Part shown: positions 43,765 to 54,712 of the stretch, one piece after another
Numbering within the stretch: the stretch's first letter is position 1
How the letters are laid out: the number at the start of each line of letters is the position of its first letter
Source: Escherichia coli
Lineage (GTDB): Bacteria > Pseudomonadota > Gammaproteobacteria > Enterobacterales > Enterobacteriaceae
NCBI RefSeq assembly: GCF_013122565.1
Contig: NZ_CP053258.1
Direction: 5' to 3' (one strand)
Length of the DNA: 64,000 bases
The notes under the pieces: model-generated
The model's database searches: none
Told to the model about the DNA's origin: nothing
Seen by the model: only the letters and a program-made list of their open reading frames with translations
Program-made: the position numbers and the translations under genes

Positions 43765-45192
43765 CTAGCGCGACTGCTGATTATATTCATCATCGCGTTG
43801 ATAAGCTTCATCATTCGGCTGCTCCGGAACCGACCGAAGTCGATACTCTTCATCCTGGCTCACCGCCTGTTCAGCCAAATCCGGATTAATCTCGCGTTTA
43901 ATTTCTACTCCTAAACCGCGAAACGCTTCTGCCTGCGCCAGCACATTTCCGCGACCTGAAGAGAGTTTTTTCATTGCCTGGCGGTAGTTATCCTGCGCTT
44001 TGTCGAGACTTTGACCAATCGCTGACATGTCATCGACGAACAAACGCATCTTGTCGTACAGCTTGCTGGCACGATCGGCGATTTGCTGGGCGTTGCGGCT
44101 TTGATGCTCATAACGCCACAGGTTGGCGATAGTGCGCAGCGCCACCAGCAGCGTAGTCGGGCTAACCAGCATGATATTGTTTTTCAACGCTTCGGTGATC
44201 AGCTCCGGCTGGCGGTCAAGCGCCAGTAAAAAAGCGGGTTCAACGGGAATAAACATCAGCACGTAATCCAGGGTTCGCAGCCCCGGCAGCTGTTGATAAT
44301 CTTTGCGTCCCAGCAAACGGATATGGTTACGCACCGACGCGATATGTTCCTGTAGCGCGCTTTCGCGGGTGTAGTCGTCTTCGGCGTTAAAATAGCGTTC
44401 ATAGGCGACCAGCGTCATTTTGGCGTCGATCACCACATCTTTTCCCTGCGGCAGCCGCACGATGACATCCGGCTGCATCCGCGAGCGGGCGTCATTTTCG
44501 ATGCTGACCTGGGTTTCATATTCATACCCTTCACGCAGACCGGAAGCCTCCAGCACCCGCGTCAATACTACCTCGCCCCAGTTGCCCTGGGTTTTATTGT
44601 CGCCTTTCAGCGCGCGCGTCAGGTTGATCGCTTCCTGGGCCATTTGCGCGTTGAGCTGCTGGAGATTGCGAATTTCGTGGGTCAGGGTATGGCGTTCTTG
44701 TGCTTCTTTACCAAAGCTGTCCTGAACCTGACGGCGGAAACCGTCCAGTTGTTCACGTAGCGGCGACAACAGGCTGTTCAGGCTCTGACGGTTTTGCTCA
44801 TCAACCCGGCGATTGCTGTGCTCAAAAATACGGTTGGCGAGGTTTTCAAACTGCTCACTGAGGCGCTGCTCGCTGTTAATCATCTGGCGAATTTTATCGT
44901 CAGCATGTTGCTGTGCGGCTTCCATCCGCGTGGTTACTTCACGCAGATCGGCCTCCAGAGAGGTGTTAATACTTTGCAGGCTGCGCACTTCGTTATTGAG
45001 TAACTCGCACTCTGCACGCCAGTGCTCGCTTAGGGTAATTTGTTGTTTTGCCGCGCTTAACTCCGCGACCATCTCTTCACGTTCAGCTAATTGCTCGGCT
45101 TTTTGCTGCGCATGTTGATAACTGGCAAACAGCCAGCCAATTGCCACACCCACCAACGCAATAACTGCGTAAACCATGATTGAGAAATCCAC
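43765..45192 (-). CDS. rmuC: DNA recombination protein RmuC
   Basis: 475-aa ORF with N-terminal TM, long coiled coil, RmuC C-terminal domain. Confidence 0.92.
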   Translation of the reverse strand: MDFSIMVYAVIALVGVAIGWLFASYQHAQQKAEQLAEREEMVAELSAAKQQITLSEHWRAECELLNNEVRSLQSINTSLEADLREVTTRMEAAQQHADDKIRQMINSEQRLSEQFENLANRIFEHSNRRVDEQNRQSLNSLLSPLREQLDGFRRQVQDSFGKEAQERHTLTHEIRNLQQLNAQMAQEAINLTRALKGDNKTQGNWGEVVLTRVLEASGLREGYEYETQVSIENDARSRMQPDVIVRLPQGKDVVIDAKMTLVAYERYFNAEDDYTRESALQEHIASVRNHIRLLGRKDYQQLPGLRTLDYVLMFIPVEPAFLLALDRQPELITEALKNNIMLVSPTTLLVALRTIANLWRYEHQSRNAQQIADRASKLYDKMRLFVDDMSAIGQSLDKAQDNYRQAMKKLSSGRGNVLAQAEAFRGLGVEIKREINPDLAEQAVSQDEEYRLRSVPEQPNDEAYQRDDEYNQQSR

Positions 45193-45283
45193 AACGCCTC
45201 CTGACGCAACAACTTACCCGCACAAAATAGAATTGTGCTGTACAAACGTCCAGTTGGAAAGGCATTTCCTGCGAGGTGCTACG

Positions 45284-45316
45284 CAAAAATACAAAAGGCC
45301 GAACGCGTCGGCCTTC
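45284..45316 (-). terminator. Intrinsic terminator downstream of udp
   Basis: aaggccgacgcgttcggcctttt-gtattttt on the minus strand. Confidence 0.65.
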
Positions 45317-45332
45317 AGACAGGAGAAGAGAA

Positions 45333-46094
45333 TTACAGCAGACGACGCGCCGCTTCCACCACGATTTTCACCGCTTGGCTTTCAGTTTGTTTCATCGTCT
45401 CAGCATTCGGGATCTCTTGCTGGGTGCGGTTAACGATAACACCCGCTACCATACCGGCACGCAGGCCCTGAGTTGCACACATGGTCAGCAGGGTTGCAGA
45501 TTCCATTTCATAGTTCATTACGCCCATCGCCTGCCACTCTTCCATAGAACCTTTAAAGTGACGAACTACGCGACCAGAGTAAGTATCGTAACGTTCCTGA
45601 CCTGGGTAGAAGGTATCAGAAGAAGCTGTCACGCCAACGTGAGTTGTCGCGCCAATGGATTTCGCAGCTTCAACCAGCGCAGTCGTACATTCGAAATCAG
45701 CGACAGCCGGGAATTCCAGCGGTGCGAAGTGCAGGCTCGCGCCATCCAGACGGACAGACGCCGTGGTAACCAGGACATCACCCACATTAATATGCGGCTG
45801 AATAGCGCCCGTTGTACCGATACGCAGGAAGGTGCGAATGCCCAGCTGTGCCAGCTCTTCAACAGCAATAGAGGTAGAAGGGCCACCGATACCGGTAGAG
45901 CAGACAATAACAGGTTTACCATCCAGCTCTGCACGCCAGGTGGTGAATTCGCGGTGAGATGCCAGCTTAACCGGCTTATCCATCAGCGCGGCGATCTTTT
46001 CCACACGATCCGGGTCGCCAGGGACGATGGCAAGCGTAGCCCCTTGTAAATCGTTTTTAGTGAGGCCGAGATGAAAAACATCAGACTTGGACAT
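45333..46094 (-). CDS. udp: Uridine phosphorylase
   Basis: Start set at [30 protein letters not shown] (253 aa). Confidence 0.96.
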   Translation of the reverse strand: MSKSDVFHLGLTKNDLQGATLAIVPGDPDRVEKIAALMDKPVKLASHREFTTWRAELDGKPVIVCSTGIGGPSTSIAVEELAQLGIRTFLRIGTTGAIQPHINVGDVLVTTASVRLDGASLHFAPLEFPAVADFECTTALVEAAKSIGATTHVGVTASSDTFYPGQERYDTYSGRVVRHFKGSMEEWQAMGVMNYEMESATLLTMCATQGLRAGMVAGVIVNRTQQEIPNAETMKQTESQAVKIVVEAARRLL

Positions 46095-46355
46095 ATACAA
46101 CTCCTCTGTGAATCGGTTTAGTCAGAAGAAGCAAAAAGACACTTTACCGAAGGGTTTAACATTTTTTCGTGATACTCATCACCATGACGCAAATGCGTTG
46201 CATAAATTTACCCACCAAAAGTGATGCAAATCACATAAATCACTCTTCATTCTGCAGGACTGCATAAAAGATGAGCCGATTCAGGCAATGTGATTTGTTG
46301 CATGCTGACTATAGTTAACATTGCGCAACATTTTTATAAGGGTACGGAGAATACC

Positions 46356-47171
46356 ATGGCAACAACACAACAATCTGGATTTGCACCTGCTGCATCGCCT
46401 CTCGCTTCGACCATCGTTCAGACCCCGGACGACGCGATTGTGGCAGGCTTCACCTCTATCCCTTCACAAGGGGATAACATGCCTGCTTACCAGGCAAGAC
46501 CAAAGCAAAGCGATGGCCCACTGCCAGTGGTCATTGTAGTGCAGGAAATTTTTGGCGTGCATGAACATATCCGCGACATTTGTCGCCGTCTGGCGCTGGA
46601 GGGGTATCTGGCTATCGCACCTGAACTTTACTTCCGCGAAGGCGATCCGAATGATTTTGCCGATATCCCCACGTTGCTTAGCGGTCTGGTAGCAAAAGTG
46701 CCTGACTCGCAGGTGCTGGCCGATCTCGATCATGTCGCCAGTTGGGCTTCCCGCAACGGCGGCGATGCTCATCATTTAATGATCACCGGATTCTGCTGGG
46801 GTGGACGTATCACGTGGTTGTATGCCGCGCATAATCCACAGCTAAAAGCCGCAGTGGCGTGGTATGGCAAACTGACGGGCGATAAGTCGCTGAATTCACC
46901 GAAACAACCTGTTGATATCGCAACCGATCTTAACGCGCCGGTTCTCGGCTTATATGGTGGTCAGGATAACAGCATTCCGCAGGAGAGCGTTGAAACCATG
47001 CGCCAGGCGCTGCGGGCTGCTAATGCGAAAGCAGAGATTATCGTGTACCCGGATGCCGGGCATGCATTCAACGCTGATTATCGCCCGAGCTATCATGCCG
47101 AATCTGCAAAAGATGGCTGGCAACGAATGCTGGAATGGTTCAGGCAGTATGGTGGGAAGAAGTCACTGTAA
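46356..47171 (+). CDS. ysgA: Dienelactone hydrolase family protein
   Basis: Start set at [11 protein letters not shown] (271 aa); alpha/beta hydrolase with GFCWGG nucleophile elbow. Confidence 0.85.
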   Translation: MATTQQSGFAPAASPLASTIVQTPDDAIVAGFTSIPSQGDNMPAYQARPKQSDGPLPVVIVVQEIFGVHEHIRDICRRLALEGYLAIAPELYFREGDPNDFADIPTLLSGLVAKVPDSQVLADLDHVASWASRNGGDAHHLMITGFCWGGRITWLYAAHNPQLKAAVAWYGKLTGDKSLNSPKQPVDIATDLNAPVLGLYGGQDNSIPQESVETMRQALRAANAKAEIIVYPDAGHAFNADYRPSYHAESAKDGWQRMLEWFRQYGGKKSL

Positions 47172-47210
47172 TGATAAAAGGCCGGGTGGCGTTGCCACCC
47201 GGTTCGGATT

Positions 47211-49472
47211 TTACCCCCGACGCAAATTCTGCGCCGCCTGCACCATGTTCGCCAGTGCCGCGCGGGTTTCTGGCCAGCCGCGCGTTTTCAGGCCACAGTC
47301 CGGGTTGACCCACAGGCGCTCTGCCGGAATGCGTTTTGCCGCTTTCTTCAGCAAGGCTTCAATCCATTCCACGCTCGGTACGTTTGGCGAGTGAATGTCA
47401 TAGACGCCTGGACCGATTTCATTCGGATAATCAAACTCTTCGAACGACTCCAGCAACTCCATGTCAGAACGCGAGGTTTCGATGGTGATGACGTCTGCGT
47501 CCAGCGCCGCAATCGAATCCATGATGTCGTTGAACTCGCAATAACACATGTGGGTGTGGATTTGTGTGTCATCTTTCGCCACGGCGGCGTTGATACGGAA
47601 GGCCTCTACGCCCCACTGGAGATAGGCATCCCAGTCGCTACGACGCAGCGGTAAACCTTCGCGCAGCGCCGGTTCATCAATCTGGATGATGCCAATTCCT
47701 GCGGCTTCCAGGTCCGCCACTTCATCACGCAGCGCCAGCGCAATTTGTTTGGCGATGGTTTCACGGCTGACATCTTCACGCGGGAACGACCAGCAGAGAA
47801 TGGTCACCGGGCCAGTCAGCATCCCTTTCACCGGTTTATCAGTCAGAGATTGCGCATACTTCGCCCACTCCACGGTAATCGGTGCCGGGCGGCTAACGTC
47901 ACCAATGACAATCGGTGGCTTCACGCAGCGGGAACCGTAGCTCTGTACCCAACCGTTTTGCGTAAAGACAAAACCGTCGAGGTGCTCGCCAAAGTATTCC
48001 ACCATGTCATTACGCTCAGCCTCGCCATGAACCAGCACATCCAGTCCCAAACGTTCCTGCTCAACAATGGCCTGCTTGATATGTTCCGCAATGCCCGTGC
48101 GGTAGTTGTTAGCGTCGAGATTACCCTTTTTGAAATCCAGACGCAGGGTACGAATTTCCGTAGTTTGCGGGAAAGAACCAATCGTGGTGGTCGGCCATGC
48201 TGGGAGTTTAAAACGCGCACGCTGGGCTTCAGCACGCACTTCATAGACATTCGCACGCTGACTGTCCTGAGCGGTGATCGCTGCCAGACGCTTTTCCACC
48301 GCCGGATTATGTACGCGGGTTGAGTGACGACGCGCCTGAATCGGGGCGCTCCACTCTGCCAGAGCTGCCGTGTCACCACTGTTCAGCGCATCGCGCAGCA
48401 GTGCCAGTTCATGGCATTTTTGTAGGGCGAAGGCAAACCAGCTTTTCACTTCTGCATCAAGACGCGTTTCCACGCTCAGGTCGATGGGGCTGTGCAACAG
48501 TGAGCAGGAAGATGCCACCCACAAATCGCGTTTGCCGACAATGTCCTTAATTTGCGCATATTTCTCGGTAAGATCGGCGCGCCAGACGTTACGACCATTG
48601 ATCAGACCCGCAGACAGCAACCAGTCAGAAGGCAGGCGCTTGTGCAGTTCAGCAACGTCATCTTTACCATGTACAAGGTCCACATGCAGCCCCTGAACAG
48701 GCAGCGCAGTAATCGTGTCGAGGTTTGGCGTTACGCCTTCAAAATAAGTGGTCAGCAGCAGTTTCACCTGGCCCTGGAGCGCGTCGTAAGCGGGTTTGTA
48801 TGCGTCCAGCCACGCCTGCGGTAGTTCCAGTACCAGCGCGGGTTCGTCGATCTGTACCCACTCAATGCCGCGTTTTGCCAGTTCTGCCAGCACTTGCTGA
48901 TAAACCGGCAGAATGTCGTTCAGCAGGCTCAGGCGGTCAAATTGTTCACCTTTCACTTTCCCCAGCCACAGCCAGGTAACCGGCCCCAGCAGCACAGGTT
49001 TCACCTTGTGGCCCAGCGCCAGCGCCTCGTCCACTTCGTCCAGCAGCTGCGTCCAGGTCAGTTTGAACTGTTGGCCTTTAACGAACTCCGGCACCATGTA
49101 GTGATAGTTGGTGTTAAACCATTTGGTCATTTCCGCTGCCGCCGCAGGTTCGCCAGTCGGCGCACGTCCACGACCAATACGGAACAGGGTGTCGATATCT
49201 ACCGAACCATCTTTGTTCTGATGACGCGCCGGAACGTTACCCAGCAGCAGACTGGTGGTCAGTACATGATCGTACCAGGCAAAATCGCCCACCGGCAGCA
49301 GGTCGATACCCGCTTGCTTTTGTTGATCCCAGTGACGAGCACGCAATTCACGCCCTACCGCCAGCAGTTCTTCACGCGTGGAGTTCCCCGCCCAATAACT
49401 CTCTTGCGCTTTTTTCAGCTCGCGACGCAGGCCAACGCGAGGGAAACCGAGGGTGTGATTAAGAATTGTCAT
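47211..49472 (-). CDS. metE: Cobalamin-independent methionine synthase
   Basis: 753-aa [32 protein letters not shown]. Confidence 0.97.
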   Translation of the reverse strand: MTILNHTLGFPRVGLRRELKKAQESYWAGNSTREELLAVGRELRARHWDQQKQAGIDLLPVGDFAWYDHVLTTSLLLGNVPARHQNKDGSVDIDTLFRIGRGRAPTGEPAAAAEMTKWFNTNYHYMVPEFVKGQQFKLTWTQLLDEVDEALALGHKVKPVLLGPVTWLWLGKVKGEQFDRLSLLNDILPVYQQVLAELAKRGIEWVQIDEPALVLELPQAWLDAYKPAYDALQGQVKLLLTTYFEGVTPNLDTITALPVQGLHVDLVHGKDDVAELHKRLPSDWLLSAGLINGRNVWRADLTEKYAQIKDIVGKRDLWVASSCSLLHSPIDLSVETRLDAEVKSWFAFALQKCHELALLRDALNSGDTAALAEWSAPIQARRHSTRVHNPAVEKRLAAITAQDSQRANVYEVRAEAQRARFKLPAWPTTTIGSFPQTTEIRTLRLDFKKGNLDANNYRTGIAEHIKQAIVEQERLGLDVLVHGEAERNDMVEYFGEHLDGFVFTQNGWVQSYGSRCVKPPIVIGDVSRPAPITVEWAKYAQSLTDKPVKGMLTGPVTILCWSFPREDVSRETIAKQIALALRDEVADLEAAGIGIIQIDEPALREGLPLRRSDWDAYLQWGVEAFRINAAVAKDDTQIHTHMCYCEFNDIMDSIAALDADVITIETSRSDMELLESFEEFDYPNEIGPGVYDIHSPNVPSVEWIEALLKKAAKRIPAERLWVNPDCGLKTRGWPETRAALANMVQAAQNLRRG

Positions 49473-49577
49473 TATATGCCCCTTATGGAATTTTTAGTAT
49501 TTAGCCGTCCAGATGTTTACACATCCATAATTGGCGGTTACTGTATATTCCTCAAGCGCAAATTATTCATGCCGAAG

Positions 49578-49590
49578 TGAAGGACTTTCA
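49578..49590 (+). promoter_or_regulatory. MetR-type binding site (TGAA-N5-TTCA) overlapping metR start
   Basis: tgaaggactttca in the metE-metR divergent intergenic region. Confidence 0.5.
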
Positions 49591-50543
49591 TGATCGAAGT
49601 AAAACACCTGAAAACGCTACAAGCGTTGCGGAACTGCGGCTCGCTCGCAGCCGCTGCGGCGACGTTGCATCAGACGCAATCCGCCCTGTCTCACCAGTTT
49701 AGCGATCTGGAACAACGCCTTGGCTTCCGGCTATTTGTGCGTAAGAGCCAGCCGCTTCGCTTTACACCGCAGGGAGAAATCCTGTTGCAACTGGCAAACC
49801 AGGTGCTGCCGCAAATCAGCCAGGCACTGCAAGCCTGCAATGAACCGCAGCAGACGCGTCTGCGCATTGCCATTGAGTGCCATAGCTGTATTCAGTGGCT
49901 GACGCCCGCGTTAGAAAATTTCCATAAGAACTGGCCGCAGGTAGAGATGGATTTTAAATCGGGCGTGACGTTTGACCCGCAGCCTGCGTTGCAACAGGGC
50001 GAGCTGGATCTGGTGATGACCTCCGATATCCTGCCGCGCAGTGGCCTGCATTATTCGCCGATGTTCGACTATGAAGTGCGTCTGGTGTTAGCACCTGATC
50101 ATCCACTGGCGGTGAAAACGCGAATCACGCCGGAAGATCTCGCCAGCGAGACGCTGTTGATTTATCCGGTGCAGCGTAGCCGACTGGATGTCTGGCGGCA
50201 TTTTCTTCAGCCGGCAGGCGTCAGCCCGTCACTGAAAAGCGTCGATAACACCTTATTGTTGATTCAGATGGTTGCCGCGCGGATGGGTATTGCCGCGCTA
50301 CCGCATTGGGTAGTAGAGAGTTTTGAGCGCCAGGGTCTGGTGGTGACCAAAACCCTGGGCGAAGGCTTGTGGAGCCGACTGTACGCCGCCGTGCGCGATG
50401 GCGAGCAGCGTCAGCCGATTACAGAAGCATTTATTCGCTCAGCGCGCAATCACGCCTGCGATCATCTGCCGTTTGTGAAGAGCGCGGAGCGACCCACTTA
50501 CGATGCACCCACAGTGAGGCCAGGATCACCAGCGCGCCTGTAA
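49590..50543 (+). CDS. metR: LysR-family transcriptional activator MetR
   Basis: 317-aa [39 protein letters not shown] (HTH) + LysR substrate domain. Confidence 0.96.
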   Translation: MIEVKHLKTLQALRNCGSLAAAAATLHQTQSALSHQFSDLEQRLGFRLFVRKSQPLRFTPQGEILLQLANQVLPQISQALQACNEPQQTRLRIAIECHSCIQWLTPALENFHKNWPQVEMDFKSGVTFDPQPALQQGELDLVMTSDILPRSGLHYSPMFDYEVRLVLAPDHPLAVKTRITPEDLASETLLIYPVQRSRLDVWRHFLQPAGVSPSLKSVDNTLLLIQMVAARMGIAALPHWVVESFERQGLVVTKTLGEGLWSRLYAAVRDGEQRQPITEAFIRSARNHACDHLPFVKSAERPTYDAPTVRPGSPARL

Positions 50544-51330
50544 TAAACGTTGGCCAGTGCGGCTGTTGGTGCCAGATAGCCAGGTTTACCAGCAGCCCTG
50601 CCGGAACGTGCATATTATTCATAATGCCCAGCGTTCCGGCGTCTACTTGGGTTGCGCCGTAGTTCCACATAAAGTAGCCAATCCCGGAAGCCACCACGCC
50701 AAGAAACACCAGAATGCCCCATTGCAACGTGGTTTGCGGCATTTTCTGCGCATTTCCCAGCAAGAACCATGCAATTACCGCCACCAGGAACGCGCCAAGA
50801 TAGAACCACGCAAAGGCGTTATGCTGCGGCATCGGGCGAGTTTCCATCAGGCGTTTGTAACCCACCATGCCGATGGCAAAAGTGATATTGGAGAGTTGCA
50901 CCAGCAACAAGCCAGTCCAGAAATGGTCGGTGACCTGATCATAGCGAATAATCCCGGCACCAATCACCGCCAGCAAGGCGCTAAAAGCATAGCCCCAGCG
51001 CAGACGGCGCTTACTCATGATGTCATAAATCAGCGTGATGTAGAGCGGCGTCAGCACGGTGAACAGCAGCAGCTCGGAAACCGTCAGGTAGAGATAGGCG
51101 CGGAAACTCAGCATATACATCACGCCAAGCTGCATCGCGCCCACCAGCATATACAGGCCGACCGTTTTCAGGCTATTGCCACGGGTACGCAGAAACGGCA
51201 GAAAAACGAGTGCCGCCAGGCCAACGCGCACCAGCACGGCAAAATAGCTATCGACGTGCCCCGCAAGGTACTCGCCATAAAAACTAAAGGAGAAGGCCCA
51301 CAAAATCGTGGTGATGATAAGTAGCGCCAC
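50431..51330 (-). CDS. yigM: EamA/DMT-family inner membrane transporter YigM (biotin transporter BioP)
   Basis: 299-aa ten-[29 protein letters not shown]; 3' end overlaps the metR 3' end by 113 nt. Confidence 0.85.
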   Translation of the reverse strand: MALLIITTILWAFSFSFYGEYLAGHVDSYFAVLVRVGLAALVFLPFLRTRGNSLKTVGLYMLVGAMQLGVMYMLSFRAYLYLTVSELLLFTVLTPLYITLIYDIMSKRRLRWGYAFSALLAVIGAGIIRYDQVTDHFWTGLLLVQLSNITFAIGMVGYKRLMETRPMPQHNAFAWFYLGAFLVAVIAWFLLGNAQKMPQTTLQWGILVFLGVVASGIGYFMWNYGATQVDAGTLGIMNNMHVPAGLLVNLAIWHQQPHWPTFITGALVILASLWVHRKWVAPRSSQTADDRRRDCALSE

Positions 51331-51405
51331 AATGGAAAACTCTTTGATTAACGAGTATCCATTGTAGCGAAGTATCAGGTTGACAACTGACCAAATAAAG
51401 AACGA

Positions 51406-52206
51406 TTACGATAAATAGAGTTTACGCAGATAATGCGGCACCGCGTCGTCGGCATTAGTACCAATCACTTCCAGCTCGGGATGAAGGTCTTTCAGACGCT
51501 GGTGCGCACTGCCCATAATGCAGCCTTTCCCCGCCATCGACAGCATTTCGGCATCGTTCATCCCGTCACCAAACGCAATACAATCCTTCAGGCTGTAGCC
51601 CAGTTTCTTCGCCACCGCTTCCAGCGCATGGCCTTTTGAAACGCCGCCCGCCATCACTTCCAGACAGGTTAAGGTAGAGAAACTGACGTTGACGCGATCG
51701 CCCCAACGAGCGTTAATCGCCTGCTCCAGCGGCAGCAGTTGTTCATGGGAATCGCAGGTGAAGAACACTTTGCTGACGCCTTCCGGCTCCAGTAATCCAG
51801 GCTCATACAGCGCATATTTGAACACCGCTTCTTTAAAAAAGCGCATCTCTTCCGGGCGATGGCGATTCATAAACCATTCGTCGTCGCGATAAACGTTAGT
51901 AATGATGTCCGGATTGTCGTTGACTACGCCAAACAGATCGCTGGCAATGTCGCGATCCAGGTTATGAGCAAAAATCAGATTACCATCCAGATCGTGAACG
52001 CGCGCACCATTGGAGGTAATCATGTAAGACTTAATCTCCAGATTATCGCGAATTTGCCCCACATCAACGTGGTGACGACCGGTCGCAAACACAAAGTTGA
52101 TGCCGCGCGCGGTGAGCAGCTTCAGGGTTTCTTTGGCGTAAGGGGATAACGTATGGTCGGGAGAAAGTAACGTGCCATCTAAATCAGACGCAACAACCTG
52201 GTACAT
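51406..52206 (-). CDS. yigL: HAD-IIB (Cof-like) sugar/pyridoxal phosphate phosphatase YigL
   Basis: Start set at MYQVVASDLDGTLLSPDHTL (266 aa); GDGMNDAEML motif. Confidence 0.9.
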   Translation of the reverse strand: MYQVVASDLDGTLLSPDHTLSPYAKETLKLLTARGINFVFATGRHHVDVGQIRDNLEIKSYMITSNGARVHDLDGNLIFAHNLDRDIASDLFGVVNDNPDIITNVYRDDEWFMNRHRPEEMRFFKEAVFKYALYEPGLLEPEGVSKVFFTCDSHEQLLPLEQAINARWGDRVNVSFSTLTCLEVMAGGVSKGHALEAVAKKLGYSLKDCIAFGDGMNDAEMLSMAGKGCIMGSAHQRLKDLHPELEVIGTNADDAVPHYLRKLYLS

Positions 52207-52213
52207 AAGAAAT

Positions 52214-53236
52214 TTAAACCTCTGTAGAGCGGTTTCCGCTGGGTGAGTTATGCCTGTTGAAAAAATCAACGATGGCGTGGAGCGCGACTGAGCGCATTGC
52301 GTCCTTTTCAAAAAGGATCTCATGGTAAGCACCTTTAATTACCAACGGCCGTCCTCCTTCGACAGGATGGCCCGCGGCGGTGCGGAGTTCACAAAAACGG
52401 TCATGCATGCGGTTATCCACCACGCGTTCCTCTTCAGCCTGCAAGAGAAGCGTTGGCGTGGCGTCATCACCCGCACCGGCTAACACCTGTTCGCCAGCCA
52501 GAATACTTTCGCGTACCCAATGGTAGGTCGGCCCACCGACGCGAATCGTTGGGTCATCAGCATAGAAGCGTAAGTTACGTCGATATCGCTGTCTGCTGTG
52601 GGTCAGTACGTTGATAGCAAACGGCAACGCGCGCCAGCGCCCGGTGCCTATTGCATAGCCATCACGGAAACGTGGATGCGCTTCGGCCCAGTTGAGGATC
52701 TGCCGTGCCATAAATGACGGCATACGAATCACGATCCCAAACATTGGCGCAGTTAGCGCAATGGCGTCACATACACCTGGATGGCGTTGCAGAAATAATG
52801 TGGAGATCGCACCGCCCATCGAGTGCGCCAGTATATAGCGTTTACGCCACGGACCGGGCTGAACCTCCTGTTGCCAGAATGCCGCCAGATCATCAACATA
52901 ATCATTAAAGCGATTAACATGCCCGAGATGCGGATCGGCTAACAGGCGACCGGAACGTCCCTGCCCGCGATGGTCGATGATTAAGACATCAAACCCCAAA
53001 TGGAACAGGTCGTAGGCCAGTTCCGCATATTTTACGTAGCTCTCAATACGCCCCGGGCAGATGACTACCACCCGGTCATGGTGCTGTGCGCGAAAACGGA
53101 CAAAGCGCACCGGAATGTCATCCACACCAGTAAATTCTGCTTCATCACGCTGACGCCAGAAATCAGTCAGCGGTCCCATGGTAAAAGCAGCAAACGCGTT
53201 TTCTCTTGTTTCCCAGTCTTTTTGCTGCTGAAACAT
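52214..53236 (-). CDS. pldB: Lysophospholipase L2
   Basis: 340-aa ORF with alpha/beta hydrolase GHSMGG nucleophile motif. Confidence 0.95.
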   Translation of the reverse strand: MFQQQKDWETRENAFAAFTMGPLTDFWRQRDEAEFTGVDDIPVRFVRFRAQHHDRVVVICPGRIESYVKYAELAYDLFHLGFDVLIIDHRGQGRSGRLLADPHLGHVNRFNDYVDDLAAFWQQEVQPGPWRKRYILAHSMGGAISTLFLQRHPGVCDAIALTAPMFGIVIRMPSFMARQILNWAEAHPRFRDGYAIGTGRWRALPFAINVLTHSRQRYRRNLRFYADDPTIRVGGPTYHWVRESILAGEQVLAGAGDDATPTLLLQAEEERVVDNRMHDRFCELRTAAGHPVEGGRPLVIKGAYHEILFEKDAMRSVALHAIVDFFNRHNSPSGNRSTEV

Positions 53237-53346
53237 CGGGTAATCTGCCTCTTAAACCACGTAAAATCGTTTTTTTAAGCGTGCCTGACACAACGCTGCG
53301 ACAGTAGCGTATTGTGGCACAAAAATAGACACACCGGGAGTTCATC

Positions 53347-53967
53347 ATGACCTTAGAATGGTGGTTTGCCTACCTGCTGACATCGATCATTTTAAGCCTG
53401 TCGCCAGGCTCTGGCGCAATCAACACCATGACCACCTCGCTCAACCACGGTTATCGCGGCGCGGTGGCGTCTATTGCTGGGCTTCAGACCGGACTGGCGA
53501 TTCATATTGTGCTGGTTGGCGTGGGGTTGGGGACGCTATTTTCCCGCTCAGTGATTGCGTTTGAAGTGTTGAAGTGGGCGGGCGCAGCTTATCTGATTTG
53601 GCTTGGGATCCAGCAGTGGCGCGCCGCTGGCGCAATTGATCTTAAATCGCTGGCCTCTACTCAATCGCGTCGACATTTGTTCCAGCGCGCAGTGTTTGTG
53701 AATCTTACCAATCCCAAAAGTATTGTGTTTCTGGCGGCGCTATTTCCGCAATTCATCATGCCGCAGCAGCCACAACTGATGCAGTATATCGTGCTCGGCG
53801 TCACCACTATTGTGGTCGATATTATTGTGATGATCGGTTACGCCACCCTTGCTCAACGGATTGCTCTATGGATTAAAGGACCAAAGCAGATGAAGGCGCT
53901 GAATAAGATTTTCGGCTCGTTGTTTATGCTGGTGGGAGCGCTGTTAGCATCGGCGAGGCATGCGTGA
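53347..53967 (+). CDS. rhtB: Homoserine/homoserine lactone efflux protein (LysE/RhtB family)
   Basis: 206-aa [30 protein letters not shown]. Confidence 0.93.
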
Positions 53968-53976
53968 AAAATAATG

Positions 53977-54005
53977 TCGGATGCGGCGTAAACGCCTTAT
54001 CCGAC
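53977..54005. repeat. REP element
   Basis: tcggatgcggcgtaaacgccttatccgac between convergent rhtB and rhtC. Confidence 0.7.
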
Positions 54006-54028
54006 TTACTCTGATGACGCGTCTGGCA

Positions 54029-54649
54029 TCAACGCGAAATAATCAAATGAATGCCAAATCCGGCAAATAACGCCCCGGCAAAACCATCAATCCACTTCGC
54101 CAGACGTTGATAACCACGGCGCATTTGCGGCAGGGCAAACAGGCTGGCAACGACGGTAAACCACGCCAGTGTTTCGACAATAATCAACGCGAAAATGCCC
54201 CAGCGCTCGGTGGTGCCGACGTTATCGCCGACAAACAGCGAGAATACCGAACCAAAGTAGATAATCGCTTTCGGATTGGCGAGATTAGTCAGTAAACCTT
54301 TCAGGAAACTGCGCCCGCTTTTCGCCAGCTCGACCTGTGGCGCAGGTGCAGAAACAGCCTCTTTTTTCAGAGCACCACGCAGCATCTGATAACCCATCCA
54401 GCAGAGATACAGGCCACCGCCCACCATAATCAGCGTATGCAGCCAGGCCATTTTTTCGATAATCAAATGCAGGCCAAGCAACGCAATCCCAGCCCAAACC
54501 ATTACGCCGCAGGTAATGCCCAGCACGCCCATCATCGCTTCTTTACGGGAACGACTGACAGCGGTCTGAGAGACAAAAAAGAAATCGGGACCGGGGCTCA
54601 TAAGCGCCACAATGTGCACCATGGCGACGGTGAGGAATAACATCAACAT
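54029..54649 (-). CDS. rhtC: Threonine efflux protein (LysE/RhtB family)
   Basis: 206-aa ORF MLMLFLTVAMVHIVALMSPGPDFFFV. Confidence 0.93.
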   Translation of the reverse strand: MLMLFLTVAMVHIVALMSPGPDFFFVSQTAVSRSRKEAMMGVLGITCGVMVWAGIALLGLHLIIEKMAWLHTLIMVGGGLYLCWMGYQMLRGALKKEAVSAPAPQVELAKSGRSFLKGLLTNLANPKAIIYFGSVFSLFVGDNVGTTERWGIFALIIVETLAWFTVVASLFALPQMRRGYQRLAKWIDGFAGALFAGFGIHLIISR

Positions 54650-54712
54650 ACATTAGACTCGCGGGGGAAACGTTTACGGAGTCTTCATCCTGGCACTTTT
54701 TTATCCTGCTGA

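Noticed and set aside
45276-46049. 257-aa plus-strand ORF overlapping udp
   Set aside because: Antisense to udp; Arg-rich translation typical of a wrong-strand frame.
47745-49580. Several 150-230-aa plus-strand ORFs across metE
   Set aside because: All antisense to the 753-aa metE gene; fragmented and overlapping one another.
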